Shown here one piece after another: positions 10,267 through 19,441 of a stretch of DNA of 64,000 nucleotides. Position numbers and translations under genes: made by a program. Each line of letters starts with the position of its first letter. Position 1 is the first letter of the stretch. The stretch comes from Chloroflexota bacterium (GTDB lineage Bacteria; Chloroflexota; Chloroflexia; DAOUBH01), in the NCBI GenBank assembly GCA_034432775.1, contig DAOUBH010000021.1, positions 5,396-69,395 of the forward strand. The letters run 5' to 3'. A model generated the notes under the pieces. That model saw only the letters and a list, made by a program, of their open reading frames with translations, had not been told where the DNA came from and made no database searches.

Positions 10267-11574
10267 TTACATGCCAGGTCGCCAGATAGGTGTGCTAGGA
10301 AGCTCGCCCTTCGTCACGTTTTCCTCGGTGATCTGGTAGACCCCTATATGCGGGTCGGCGCAGTCGCCGTACTGGTCACAGGTAAGATTCCCTGTGAGCC
10401 CCTTGAAATCTTTTGTAGCATATAGGGCGTCACGCAGGGCCTTGCGCGGGATGTGGACGGTTCCGTCCGCATCCTTTACGGCCACCTTCTCAATGGCAGC
10501 AAAGAGCATGGCGGCGGCATCGTAGGCGTGGGCGTGGTAGACGCTAATCGGCTTCTCGCCGTATTTCTTCTGGTACTTGCCGACAAACTCCTTGTAGCCA
10601 GCGGGGAACGCCGTGAAGTCAGGGCTGGATAGGTAAACGCCCACCACATCCTTGCCTACCTTCAGGAAGTCGGTACTGAAAAGGCCGTCAGCGCTCATGA
10701 GCTTGGTGTTCTCCAGGCCGCTCACCTGGCGAGCCTGCTGGGTTATGTAGCCCCCTTCAGGCATAAAGATGGGGTAGTAGATAATCTCGGGCTTGCCAGC
10801 AGCGATCTTAGTGAGCACTGGGCGCATATCTGTGTCGCCCTTCTGCACGGCTTCCTGTGCGGTCACAGTACCACCCAACTTCTTGAACTCCTGGGCGAAG
10901 ATCTGCTGTAGCTGGTCGGCATAGATGCTTCCGTCATGTATGGTGGCAGCGCTCTTGACCTTGAGCTGGTTGTATGCAAATTCGGCAGCCACACGTCCCT
11001 GCACTTTGTCGTTGTGGGCAGTTCGCAAATATACGGGTAGATGCTTGGCTGGATCAGTCAGGTCAGGCGCCGTATTGGAGGGAGATATCATCACGAGACC
11101 AGCCTTGTCCAGTATCGGCGCAGCAGCTCTTGCTTCGCTGGAGCAAGTGGTGCCAACAATTCCCACTATGGTCTTGTCAGCTGCTACCTTCTGGGCCGCT
11201 GTCTGACCGCCCTCGGCACTGCATCCGGTATCCTCTCCCGTCAGCTGGATAGGATGGTCCAGAAGTTTGCCGCCACGGTCGTCGATGGCTATCTCTATGC
11301 CGCGCTTCTCGTCCGTGCCAAGACTGGCATTCTCCCCTGAGACTACGAGCATATAGGCGATGTGAATGGGCTGTCCCGGGGCTATGTCCACGCAACCCAA
11401 GGGGTCCTTACACTCGAATTTCGCAGCCGGCGATGCTGCTGGACTTGCGGGTGGTTGGGTAGCAGCGGGAGGCCGTGTAGGCGCCGCCGTAGGTGTAGCA
11501 GCAGGGGCGCAGGCTGCAAGGACCAGAGCCACCAGCGTGACCATACCGAAAAATAACGCGGGTTTGCGATTCAT
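10267..11574 (-). CDS. LIV-family ABC transporter substrate-binding lipoprotein (LivK-like)
   Basis: Signal peptide plus lipobox (LAACAPAA), followed by a Pro/Ala/Thr-rich tether and a periplasmic binding protein type I fold (IVGTTCSSEARAAAPILDKAGLVMISPSNT). Confidence 0.8.
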   Translation of the reverse strand: MNRKPALFFGMVTLVALVLAACAPAATPTAAPTRPPAATQPPASPAASPAAKFECKDPLGCVDIAPGQPIHIAYMLVVSGENASLGTDEKRGIEIAIDDRGGKLLDHPIQLTGEDTGCSAEGGQTAAQKVAADKTIVGIVGTTCSSEARAAAPILDKAGLVMISPSNTAPDLTDPAKHLPVYLRTAHNDKVQGRVAAEFAYNQLKVKSAATIHDGSIYADQLQQIFAQEFKKLGGTVTAQEAVQKGDTDMRPVLTKIAAGKPEIIYYPIFMPEGGYITQQARQVSGLENTKLMSADGLFSTDFLKVGKDVVGVYLSSPDFTAFPAGYKEFVGKYQKKYGEKPISVYHAHAYDAAAMLFAAIEKVAVKDADGTVHIPRKALRDALYATKDFKGLTGNLTCDQYGDCADPHIGVYQITEENVTKGELPSTPIWRPGM

Positions 11575-11767
11575 GTGGTGTCACCTCCTGTCCCGAAATC
11601 TCCAGTGAGAAACCTATGATCCCTTCCGTGCCAACTGTTATTCGGCTCTGAAACCATCACCTCCTTTCGTCCGCGGACAACCTATCTTTACGGATTCCGG
11701 CCTTCAAGTAGGAATATTAAACGGGCAGCTATAATTAGTCAACCCAGAACTAGCGAGGTCGCGTCCT

Positions 11768-12256
11768 ATGAAGGATGTCGAAGATGCTGTTACTATAGCC
11801 CGACAGCGGTATCTTGGCATGTCCGTTGTAAGCCAGGGATATGAAATACGCGAGCATGATGTCCGCAAGTATTGTTACGCCCTGGGCGATCCGAGATGGC
11901 TTGAGCTTGCGGGTAGCGATCCGCAGGGAATGCTGGTCCCCCCAGGTTTCCTTTCGGTGCCCTTCGCCCGAGACGTACCCCTGGACAAACACCGGGAAGA
12001 CGGTACCCTGCCGACTTTCGATGGCTTGCCCATCCCCGAGTTCCCTTTGAAGCGGAGGATGGCAGGCGGAGTCGATGCGGAGTATTTCGTTCCGGTCCGG
12101 GTTGGAGACACGCTGACTGCTGTCAGTCGGTACACGGATATTTATTGGAAGGCTGGAAGGTCAGGACCGATCATCTTCCTGATTCGACAGGTGGAGTACT
12201 TCAACCAGAGAGGCGAACGAGTGGCCATGGAAACGTACACCCATATTTTCCGCTAG
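11768..12256 (+). CDS. FAS1-like/MaoC N-terminal-type hotdog dehydratase subunit
   Basis: 162 aa with a hotdog fold and no MaoC catalytic motif. Sits immediately upstream of a MaoC gene, as in split HadA/HadB-type pairs. Confidence 0.55.
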   Translation: MKDVEDAVTIARQRYLGMSVVSQGYEIREHDVRKYCYALGDPRWLELAGSDPQGMLVPPGFLSVPFARDVPLDKHREDGTLPTFDGLPIPEFPLKRRMAGGVDAEYFVPVRVGDTLTAVSRYTDIYWKAGRSGPIIFLIRQVEYFNQRGERVAMETYTHIFR

Positions 12257-12265
12257 GAGGCGAAA

Positions 12266-12670
12266 ATGGCGATCGCTGAGAGCCCGGAGCTCAGGCCAGA
12301 GAGCCTCAAACCAACAGCGTTACAACTGTTCCTTTTCAGCAGCGTCACACAGAATCCCCATCGTATCCATTACGATCTGCCTTATGTACAGTGGGAAGGA
12401 TACCCCAATCTGCTGGTTCACGGGCCACTGCAATGGGCGGTGATGGCGTCCACCGTCGCGGAATGGTTTTGGGGCCGTGGGACGCTGAAAAAGTTCTCTG
12501 TGAGATCTGTATCCCCTGCCTACGTGAACGAAGAGCTAACGGTGCAAGGCCGTGTGGTAGAAGCAGATGGCTCTCTCTGTACAGTGGAGGTGTGGATCGA
12601 GAAAGGAGACGGTACTAAGACCTGCACGGGGACGGCGGAAATCGAGCTGAAGCTGGAGGGAGGCATTTGA
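12266..12670 (+). CDS. MaoC family (R)-specific enoyl-CoA hydratase/dehydratase
   Basis: NPHRIHYDLPYVQWEGYPNLLVHGPLQWA matches the MaoC hydratase motif. RBS GGAGG upstream. Confidence 0.7.
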   Translation: MAIAESPELRPESLKPTALQLFLFSSVTQNPHRIHYDLPYVQWEGYPNLLVHGPLQWAVMASTVAEWFWGRGTLKKFSVRSVSPAYVNEELTVQGRVVEADGSLCTVEVWIEKGDGTKTCTGTAEIELKLEGGI

Positions 12671-13686
12671 AACTCGATGCTTTGCTGCGGGTTAGCGAAC
12701 TGAACGAGGTGCCTAGACTGGCCTCTATGGCCGAAGACCTGAATATCGATGGCTTGTGGACCCATGAAACTTCCCACGATCCTTTTCTACCCTTGGCTGT
12801 TGCGGCTACTACTACCCACCGCATCCAGCTTGGTACGGCAGTGGCCGTCGCCTTTGCCAGAAGCCCTGCCGTGCTGGCTTATACTTCCTGGGACTTGGCT
12901 CGATCTAGCCACGGCAGGTTCATCCTGGGCCTCGGCACTCAAGTGAAGGGCCATGTGGTCAGGCGCTTCGGAGCTCTATGGGATCGTCCAGTTCCCCAGC
13001 TGAAGGAGTGGATCGGTGCGGTCAGAGCCTTCTGGAGGTGCTGGCAGGACCGAGAGGCACTGCAGTTTCGCGGCAAATACTTCAACCTAGACCTCATGAC
13101 ACCCTTTTTTGACCCTGGGCCGATACTGTGGCCCCGGATCCCCATAGCTGTAGCAGGCGTTAACAAGGGCCTTTGCCAGCTGGCAGGTGAAATAGCCGAT
13201 ATCTTTTTGGTTCACCCCCTGCACACCAGGCGCTACCTCGAGACCGTGGTATTGCCTTCGGTCCGGATGGGAGAGGCGAGAGCGGGTAGGCCTGCCCATA
13301 GCGTTGCCTTGGCTGTCAGCTGCTTTGTAGTGACCGGTAGGGATGAGGAGGAGGCTACTCGGCTGCGCCTGGAGGTTAGGCGACAGATAGCCTTCTATGC
13401 CTCCACCCCCTCTTATAGAGGGGTGTTGGAGCTACATGGCCTCGGAGAGGTGGCCTCGACCCTTCGCAGGATGGCGGCCGAGGGGCGATGGGATGCCATG
13501 GGTGAGGTCATAGACGACGCGTTCCTGAGGGAAGCGGCTGTCGTTGCCGAACCTGACCGGCTGCCGTCGGCCTTGGTAGATCGGTATCGGGGGCTCGCGG
13601 ACCGAGTGTCGCCCTACGTTGCCTTTACGGGTCCCAACGATCCTCTAAATTGGGAAGGATTGGTGACAGCGGCCCATCAGGCCTAA
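12667..13686 (+). CDS. LLM-class (luciferase-like) flavin/F420-dependent oxidoreductase
   Basis: 339-aa TIM-barrel luciferase-like monooxygenase family. Overlaps the MaoC stop by 4 nt. The F420 cofactor assignment is inference. Confidence 0.7.
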   Translation: MKLDALLRVSELNEVPRLASMAEDLNIDGLWTHETSHDPFLPLAVAATTTHRIQLGTAVAVAFARSPAVLAYTSWDLARSSHGRFILGLGTQVKGHVVRRFGALWDRPVPQLKEWIGAVRAFWRCWQDREALQFRGKYFNLDLMTPFFDPGPILWPRIPIAVAGVNKGLCQLAGEIADIFLVHPLHTRRYLETVVLPSVRMGEARAGRPAHSVALAVSCFVVTGRDEEEATRLRLEVRRQIAFYASTPSYRGVLELHGLGEVASTLRRMAAEGRWDAMGEVIDDAFLREAAVVAEPDRLPSALVDRYRGLADRVSPYVAFTGPNDPLNWEGLVTAAHQA

Positions 13687-13723
13687 AGGTATATCTTCCA
13701 CCATGGCCCGATCACGACCGTAG

Positions 13724-13757
13724 AAAGGGGGGTAGGGACTGTGAGGACCCCACCCCC
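13724..13757. terminator. Imperfect G/C hairpin between convergent genes
   Basis: AAGGGGGGTAGGG...CCCCACCCCCTT inverted repeat between the LLM stop (13686) and the BMP SBP stop (13774). No U tract. Confidence 0.3.
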
Positions 13758-13773
13758 TTAACGGGCATGCCAG

Positions 13774-14817
13774 TCACTTCTTTGCAGGGAGTGCCTCCGG
13801 GATCTTGCCTGCCTTTACGTCCTCCAAGATCTTATGGAACTTGTCCTTTACTTGCTGTGAGAGCTTCGTCTCGAAGCCGTGGAACGGCGCAAAGGTCAGG
13901 CCACCCTCCTTGAAGCCCGTAACGAGGGCCTCGGGCTTGAACTGCTTCTGGACTACCTTCTGAATGAAGATCTCCATGACCTTGCCCTGGTCCCATATGA
14001 GGCTGCTGACTACAGTGTCAGGGGCCCTATCGTTGATGTCTCGGCCGAACCCAATGGCTAGCACACCCTTCTCCTGAGCGGCCTGTATGGCACCAAGCTG
14101 CACCACGTCAGCGTTGCAGAGGATGACATCGGCACCCTGGGAGATGTGGGCTAGCGCAGTCTCACGGCCTTTCTGCACGTCTTCCCACGTTCCAAGTATC
14201 GTCTGCAGGACCTTCGCATTCGGGTCTATGTACTTGGCTCCCTTCTCCGTGTACTGCATAGGGATGGTGATTACGGGTATGTCCTGGCCTCCCATGGAGC
14301 TGATGATCTTAGTCTTGCTGACCAAGGCAGCCAGCACGCCCACCATGAAGCCCTGCTCCTCGAGCGCGAAGGAGTGGGAAGCCAGGTTGGGCTCCTGAGA
14401 GATGTTGGAGCTGTTGTTGACGAAGTAGACGTTGGGGAACTCTTTGGCCACTTTCTTCATGGCGTCGCCGAACTCAAAACCGTGGGCGAAGATGATGTTG
14501 TAGCCGCGGCTGGCATAGTCGCGAATTGCCGTCTCTTGATCCTTTTCTGTGACCTTTTCTTGGTAGCTGGCAACGATATCTGGATACTTCTGCCTGATGT
14601 AGACGAGGCCTTCATAGGCCGACTGGTTCCAGCCACCGTCGTTAATGGCCCCGGGCAATATCAATGCGAATTTCAGGGCGCCCACCTGGACCCCGCCTGG
14701 AGCCGGGCTCGGCTGGGGTGCTGGGGTGGGAGAAGCAGCTGGAGCACAGGCGCTGAAGGCCAGTAGCGACGCTAGCAAGAGACCCGCGATCAACATGGGC
14801 TTACGCATCCGTGGCAT
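13774..14817 (-). CDS. BMP family (PnrA/Med-like) ABC transporter substrate-binding lipoprotein, orphan
   Basis: Lipobox FSACAPAAS, Pro-rich tether, and the BMP fold (ALILPGAINDGGWNQSAYEGL). No cognate permease or ATPase nearby. Confidence 0.75.
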   Translation of the reverse strand: MPRMRKPMLIAGLLLASLLAFSACAPAASPTPAPQPSPAPGGVQVGALKFALILPGAINDGGWNQSAYEGLVYIRQKYPDIVASYQEKVTEKDQETAIRDYASRGYNIIFAHGFEFGDAMKKVAKEFPNVYFVNNSSNISQEPNLASHSFALEEQGFMVGVLAALVSKTKIISSMGGQDIPVITIPMQYTEKGAKYIDPNAKVLQTILGTWEDVQKGRETALAHISQGADVILCNADVVQLGAIQAAQEKGVLAIGFGRDINDRAPDTVVSSLIWDQGKVMEIFIQKVVQKQFKPEALVTGFKEGGLTFAPFHGFETKLSQQVKDKFHKILEDVKAGKIPEALPAKK

Positions 14818-15038
14818 AATGCTCCTCCTCTATGTTATTTACGCTGATGGCGGTGATGGGGATTCAAGTTGCTTCAATACTATAGAACTGGAGAGGCTTT
14901 GTCAATAGCTTGATGCATGATGTAGGAGGTCGTACCAAACCTCAACCTGGCCATTTACCAATAATTGACCCTGCTATACCGTCCCGTTAACAACCACCCT
15001 CTAAACTGGTGTTAGATTGGTCTGGTGGGGTGGACTCC

Positions 15039-15962
15039 ATGGAGAAGATCATGGTCACATTGGACGGGTCCGATCTGTCGGAGCTGGCGCTTCCTCTGGC
15101 ACGAGGTCTGGCTCGCAAGACCAACGCCGAACTGGTAATTTTCAGGGCAGCTGTCGCCCAGGTAATTCCTGGCCTTGACCCAAGTCAAATCCAAGTTGCG
15201 GTGGTTTCGGAGGCGCAGGACTACCTGGAGCGGTGGGAGGATAGGCTTCGGAGTGCCGGGATCAACGTGACTTCGGTGGTGAGTTACGGTCCGGCGGCTG
15301 AGCAGATCGTCGACATGGCCGAGTTTCTGGGGGTGGAGCTTATCGTCATGTCGACCCATGGCAGATCGGGCCTAGGTAGGTGGGTTTACGGTAGTGTTGC
15401 AGACAAGGTCTTGAGGGCCTCCGGGGTCCCCGTACTTTTGGTAAGGGCAAGGGACTACCAACCATCTGGGGAAGAGGTCGTTCCACAACACTTCCTCGTA
15501 CCGCTAGACGGGTCAAAACTTGCCGAAACGATTCTTCCCTACGTGTCGGATCTTTCCAAGTGGATGGGTGCACGAGTTACACTCTTTCAGGTCTTAGCCC
15601 CTGTGGAGGAGGCTTTAACGGAAGAGGGCAGGATTGTAGCCTATGTGGACGAATTGATGGCCCAGAAAGCTGCAGCAGCCCGTCGGTATCTGCAAGAGGT
15701 CGCTGACCGATCCGAGTTTGAGGGTATTGACAAAGAGATCAGGGTGGCCTTCGGAAACCCAGCCGAAGAAATCATCCAGATGGCCCATCAGCTGGGTGCA
15801 GATCTGGTCGCCATGTCCACCCATGGTCGTTCAGGGGTGAGCCGGTGGGTGTACGGCAGTGTAGCTGACAGGGTACTTAGAGCAGCCGGACTACCTGTAC
15901 TCCTCTTCAGACCCAAGGGTTTGCTCGAGCAGGTGGTGCCGCCGCTTTTCGCTACCTTCTAG
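15039..15962 (+). CDS. tandem universal stress protein (two UspA domains)
   Basis: Two copies of the Usp fold. Each ends in (M)STHGRSG(L/V)(G/S)RWVYGSVAD.VLRA.G.PVLL. Confidence 0.75.
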   Translation: MEKIMVTLDGSDLSELALPLARGLARKTNAELVIFRAAVAQVIPGLDPSQIQVAVVSEAQDYLERWEDRLRSAGINVTSVVSYGPAAEQIVDMAEFLGVELIVMSTHGRSGLGRWVYGSVADKVLRASGVPVLLVRARDYQPSGEEVVPQHFLVPLDGSKLAETILPYVSDLSKWMGARVTLFQVLAPVEEALTEEGRIVAYVDELMAQKAAAARRYLQEVADRSEFEGIDKEIRVAFGNPAEEIIQMAHQLGADLVAMSTHGRSGVSRWVYGSVADRVLRAAGLPVLLFRPKGLLEQVVPPLFATF

Positions 15963-16049
15963 CCAGAGCTACCCGGCTCCGGAACCCGTTGCATACCTTA
16001 TACTTGACTGGACAGTCTTGGGAAAAATTAGCGGTACATCGCATATCTC

Positions 16050-17006
16050 GTGAAGGAGGGTGGTATCCAGATCGCCCACGGCTGGCAAGAGGAACGCTTG
16101 GATCCGCTCGCAGCGCTCAAGCGGGTCAGACGGATCTTGGTAGGCGTTTTGGTGGCCAACCTGGCAGTGGCGGCGGCGAAGATAGTGTTGGGCCGCCTTA
16201 CCGGGGCTATCAGTGTAGAGGCCGACGGGTATCATTCTTTGGTCGACGCGTCTTCCAGCATAGTGGGCCTGGTGGGGATTGCTACTGCTGCCAGACCGCC
16301 CGATGCTAACCATCCATACGGCCATCACCGCTTCGAGCTCTTCGCGGCGCTTGTAATTGGCATGTTCTTGATGCTCGCCTGTTACGAGATCCTTGCGGCT
16401 GTCTACCAAAGAGTGATTACGGGCTCCGTGCCCGAAGTTACCTGGGTCAGTTTCGCCGTAATGGTAGGCACATTGCTGGTCAATTTGGCGGTGAGCACCT
16501 TGGAGCGCTGCCAGGGTAAGGTTCTTAAGAGCGAAGTTCTCATGGCTGATGCCCTGCACACCTCGTCAGATGTGCTGGTCTCTATTTCTGTAATTGTGAG
16601 CTTGGCGGCGGTCTGGCTTGGAGCGCCCTTGGTCGATACTATCGTCGCGGTGGGGATCGCAGGCGTGATTGCCTATGCCGGCTTCACTGTGATAAAGCGT
16701 TCCGGGTTAGCCCTGTCTGATGTCGCCGTACTGGCTACCGGGGAAGTTGAAGATCTGGTCATGAAGGTCGACGGAGTGGTAGGCTGCCATGCCATTCGCA
16801 GTCGGGGGTGGGGTTCGAACATCTACGTAGATCTCCATGTACAGGTGGATCCAACGCTGTCCGTACTCCGGGCCCATGAGATCGGCCATCGCGTGAAGGA
16901 AGAGATCATTAGGCGGTTCGGTGCTGCCGACGTCGTTGTGCATGTGGAGCCGGCAAAGCCCATGGAGAGATTGGATGGAGCTGGGCGTAGCGCGCGAACC
17001 GGGTGA
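16050..17006 (+). CDS. cation diffusion facilitator family transporter (CzcD/FieF-like)
   Basis: Six TM helices with HSLVDASSSI and HHRFE metal-binding motifs, plus a C-terminal cytoplasmic domain. Alternative GTG start. Confidence 0.8.
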   Translation: MKEGGIQIAHGWQEERLDPLAALKRVRRILVGVLVANLAVAAAKIVLGRLTGAISVEADGYHSLVDASSSIVGLVGIATAARPPDANHPYGHHRFELFAALVIGMFLMLACYEILAAVYQRVITGSVPEVTWVSFAVMVGTLLVNLAVSTLERCQGKVLKSEVLMADALHTSSDVLVSISVIVSLAAVWLGAPLVDTIVAVGIAGVIAYAGFTVIKRSGLALSDVAVLATGEVEDLVMKVDGVVGCHAIRSRGWGSNIYVDLHVQVDPTLSVLRAHEIGHRVKEEIIRRFGAADVVVHVEPAKPMERLDGAGRSARTG

Positions 17007-18102
17007 ACGGGAGCTGCGCGTGGGGCTAACACCTGCAGGTGTCAAAGCCCTTGTGCAGGCGGGCCATACCGTTTATGTAGAGACCGGCGCCGGTGCAGGT
17101 GCCGGCTTTGCCGACGAGGAGTATGTAGCGGCCGGTGGGCAGGTGGTCTATTCTCGGGACGAGCTAGTGGGCAGATCTGAGATCCTGATAAAGGTCTCGC
17201 CCCTGACAGCTCATGAGGCTGCTGCCCTCCGTGACAAGCAGATTGTCCTTTCTTTCCATCATCTGGCTGTGATGCCCGCTGAAGTGATTAAAGTCCTCTT
17301 ACGGAAGAAGGTGGCCTTAGTGGCCTACGAAAGCATCGTGCAGGCCGATGGATTTCGTCCTATATTGGTGCCCATGAGCCAGATAGCAGGCAGGATGTCA
17401 GCTCACGTTGCGGCCCACTACCTAGAGGCGCCTTCGGGAGGCAGAGGAGTCCTCCTGGGGGGCGTGCCAGGGGTGGCACCGGCCAATGCGACCATCATAG
17501 GGGCCGGGATCGTGGGGCGCAATGCCGTAGCCTCATTCTTGGGCTTGGGAGCCCAGGTAACTGTTCTGGACACCGATGTGGCTAAACTGGCCAAGCTTAC
17601 TGAGCTCTTTCCCGTTGGCGTGATCACAATGTTAGGTACTTCCCACAATATCGCTCGGGCGGTTGAGTACGCGGACGCTGTAGTGGGAGCTGTCCTGGTG
17701 CCAGGGTCTAGAGCCCCTATTGTGGTGACCGCAGCCATGGTCAAAGCTATGCGCCCCAAGGCCGTTATAGTCGATGTGTCGATCGATCAGGGCGGATGTG
17801 TGGAGACTAGTAGACCTACTACATACCTTGATCCCATATTTATTGCGCACGGCGTCATACACTACTGTGTGCCCAATATGCCAGCCTTGGTTCCCCGCAC
17901 ATCCACCCATGCATTGAGCAATGCTCTGGTGCCTTATCTGAGACTTATCGCAGACTTGGGGCTCGAAAATGCCATGCTTGGAGAGCGGGCACTTGCGGCC
18001 GGGGTTGTAGCCTTTGAGGGATACCTAAGCGATCCCCTCCTGGCGGCCTACTTTGGGGTCGAGTGGCGAAATCCATTGGATCAACTCCAGGGACACAAGT
18101 AA
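16975..18102 (+). CDS. ald: alanine dehydrogenase
   Basis: Near full-length match to the AlaDH/PNT family: PMSQIAGRMSAHVAAHYLE, GVPGVAPA, IIGAGIVG, DVSIDQGGCVETS, YCVPNMPALVPRTST. Overlaps the CDF gene by 32 nt. Confidence 0.85.
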   Translation: MELGVAREPGERELRVGLTPAGVKALVQAGHTVYVETGAGAGAGFADEEYVAAGGQVVYSRDELVGRSEILIKVSPLTAHEAAALRDKQIVLSFHHLAVMPAEVIKVLLRKKVALVAYESIVQADGFRPILVPMSQIAGRMSAHVAAHYLEAPSGGRGVLLGGVPGVAPANATIIGAGIVGRNAVASFLGLGAQVTVLDTDVAKLAKLTELFPVGVITMLGTSHNIARAVEYADAVVGAVLVPGSRAPIVVTAAMVKAMRPKAVIVDVSIDQGGCVETSRPTTYLDPIFIAHGVIHYCVPNMPALVPRTSTHALSNALVPYLRLIADLGLENAMLGERALAAGVVAFEGYLSDPLLAAYFGVEWRNPLDQLQGHK

Positions 18103-19439
18103 TGGATTGGTTTCGTGAGTATAGAGCTAGACTCACAAGCCCGGATAGGGCAGTGCGGGAAGTGCGGTCGGGGCAAAGGGTCTTCTTCCAAGGCGGTGCT
18201 GCAAATCCCGTACCTCTCGTTCAGGCCCTTGTCGACCGCGCCACTGAACTTGAGGGTGTAGAGATAGTACACCTCCACACTGAGGGCCCTGCGCCCCACG
18301 TGGACCCGGCCATGGAAGGCCACCTTCGGCTGAACGCCCTGTTTATAGGGGCAAACGTGCGCCACGCGGTAAATGAAGGCCGTGCGGATGCCGTGCCTGT
18401 TCACCTTTCCGAGATACCCGATCTCTTCCGAAAGAGGGTTCTTCCCGTTGATGTGGCCATGGTTCAGGTATCTACACCTGATGAGCACGGCTTTTGCAGC
18501 CTGGGGGTTTCGGTGGACTGTGCCAAGCCCGCAGCCGACTCTGCCGCTGTAGTGATCGCAGAGGTCAACCGACAGATGCCGCGGACCCTGGGTGACAGCT
18601 TCCTTCATGTCAGCCGGTTTCGCTGGATCGTTGAAACCGACAGGCCTCTGCCTGAAATCGGCCGTGCCGCTGGAAACGATGTTATAGCGCGTATTGGCCA
18701 GCACGTGGCAGGCCTTATCGAAGACGGATCTACCCTGCAGATGGGCATAGGTGCCATCCCTGACGCCGTACTTTCCTCCTTGACGGGCCACCGCCACTTG
18801 GGCATACACACAGAGATGTTTTCCGACGGCGTGATGGAGCTGGTGGAACGAGGTGTTGTCACCAATGAAAGGAAGACCCTCCACAAAGGCAAGATCGTGG
18901 CAGCCTTCATTTTGGGTAGCAGGCGGCTGTATGAATTTGCAGATAACAACCCTATGATCGAGATGCACAGCATCGACTACACAAACGACCCCTTCATAAT
19001 CAGCCGCAACGACAAGATGGTAGCCATCAACTCTGCCATTCAGATCGACTTCACTGGCCAAGTGTGTGCCGATTCTATCGGTTACAGGCTTTACAGCGGA
19101 TTCGGAGGCCAAGTTGATTTCATCAGGGGAGCCGCCCGGTCAAAGGGCGGTAAGCCCATCATTGCGCTGCCCTCCACTGCCAAGGAGGGTAAGATTTCAC
19201 GGATAGTCGCCTGTCTGGACCATGGCGCAGGGGTGGTTACCACCAGGGCGGATGTCCACTACGTGGTTACCGAATACGGTGTTGCCTACCTGCACGGGAA
19301 GAACATACGACAACGAGTAAGGGCCCTGATAGATATCGCGCATCCTCAGTTTAGGGAAGAGTTAGAGCGCCGTGCTTACGAGGTGCACTATTTACCCCGG
19401 GTGTACCCAGGAGTTCAGGTGCCAACAGATACGTCCTGA
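18102..19439 (+). CDS. acetyl-CoA hydrolase/transferase family protein (4-hydroxybutyrate/succinyl-CoA:acetate CoA-transferase-like)
   Basis: ~446 aa with N- and C-terminal CoA-transferase domains. ATG overlaps the ald stop (TAATG). Confidence 0.8.
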   Translation: MDWFREYRARLTSPDRAVREVRSGQRVFFQGGAANPVPLVQALVDRATELEGVEIVHLHTEGPAPHVDPAMEGHLRLNALFIGANVRHAVNEGRADAVPVHLSEIPDLFRKRVLPVDVAMVQVSTPDEHGFCSLGVSVDCAKPAADSAAVVIAEVNRQMPRTLGDSFLHVSRFRWIVETDRPLPEIGRAAGNDVIARIGQHVAGLIEDGSTLQMGIGAIPDAVLSSLTGHRHLGIHTEMFSDGVMELVERGVVTNERKTLHKGKIVAAFILGSRRLYEFADNNPMIEMHSIDYTNDPFIISRNDKMVAINSAIQIDFTGQVCADSIGYRLYSGFGGQVDFIRGAARSKGGKPIIALPSTAKEGKISRIVACLDHGAGVVTTRADVHYVVTEYGVAYLHGKNIRQRVRALIDIAHPQFREELERRAYEVHYLPRVYPGVQVPTDTS

Positions 19440-19441
19440 GG

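Noticed and set aside
18081-19112. 343-aa ORF on the minus strand
   Set aside because: It lies entirely antisense inside the well-supported CoA-transferase gene. It has no recognisable motifs and is a typical high-GC shadow ORF.
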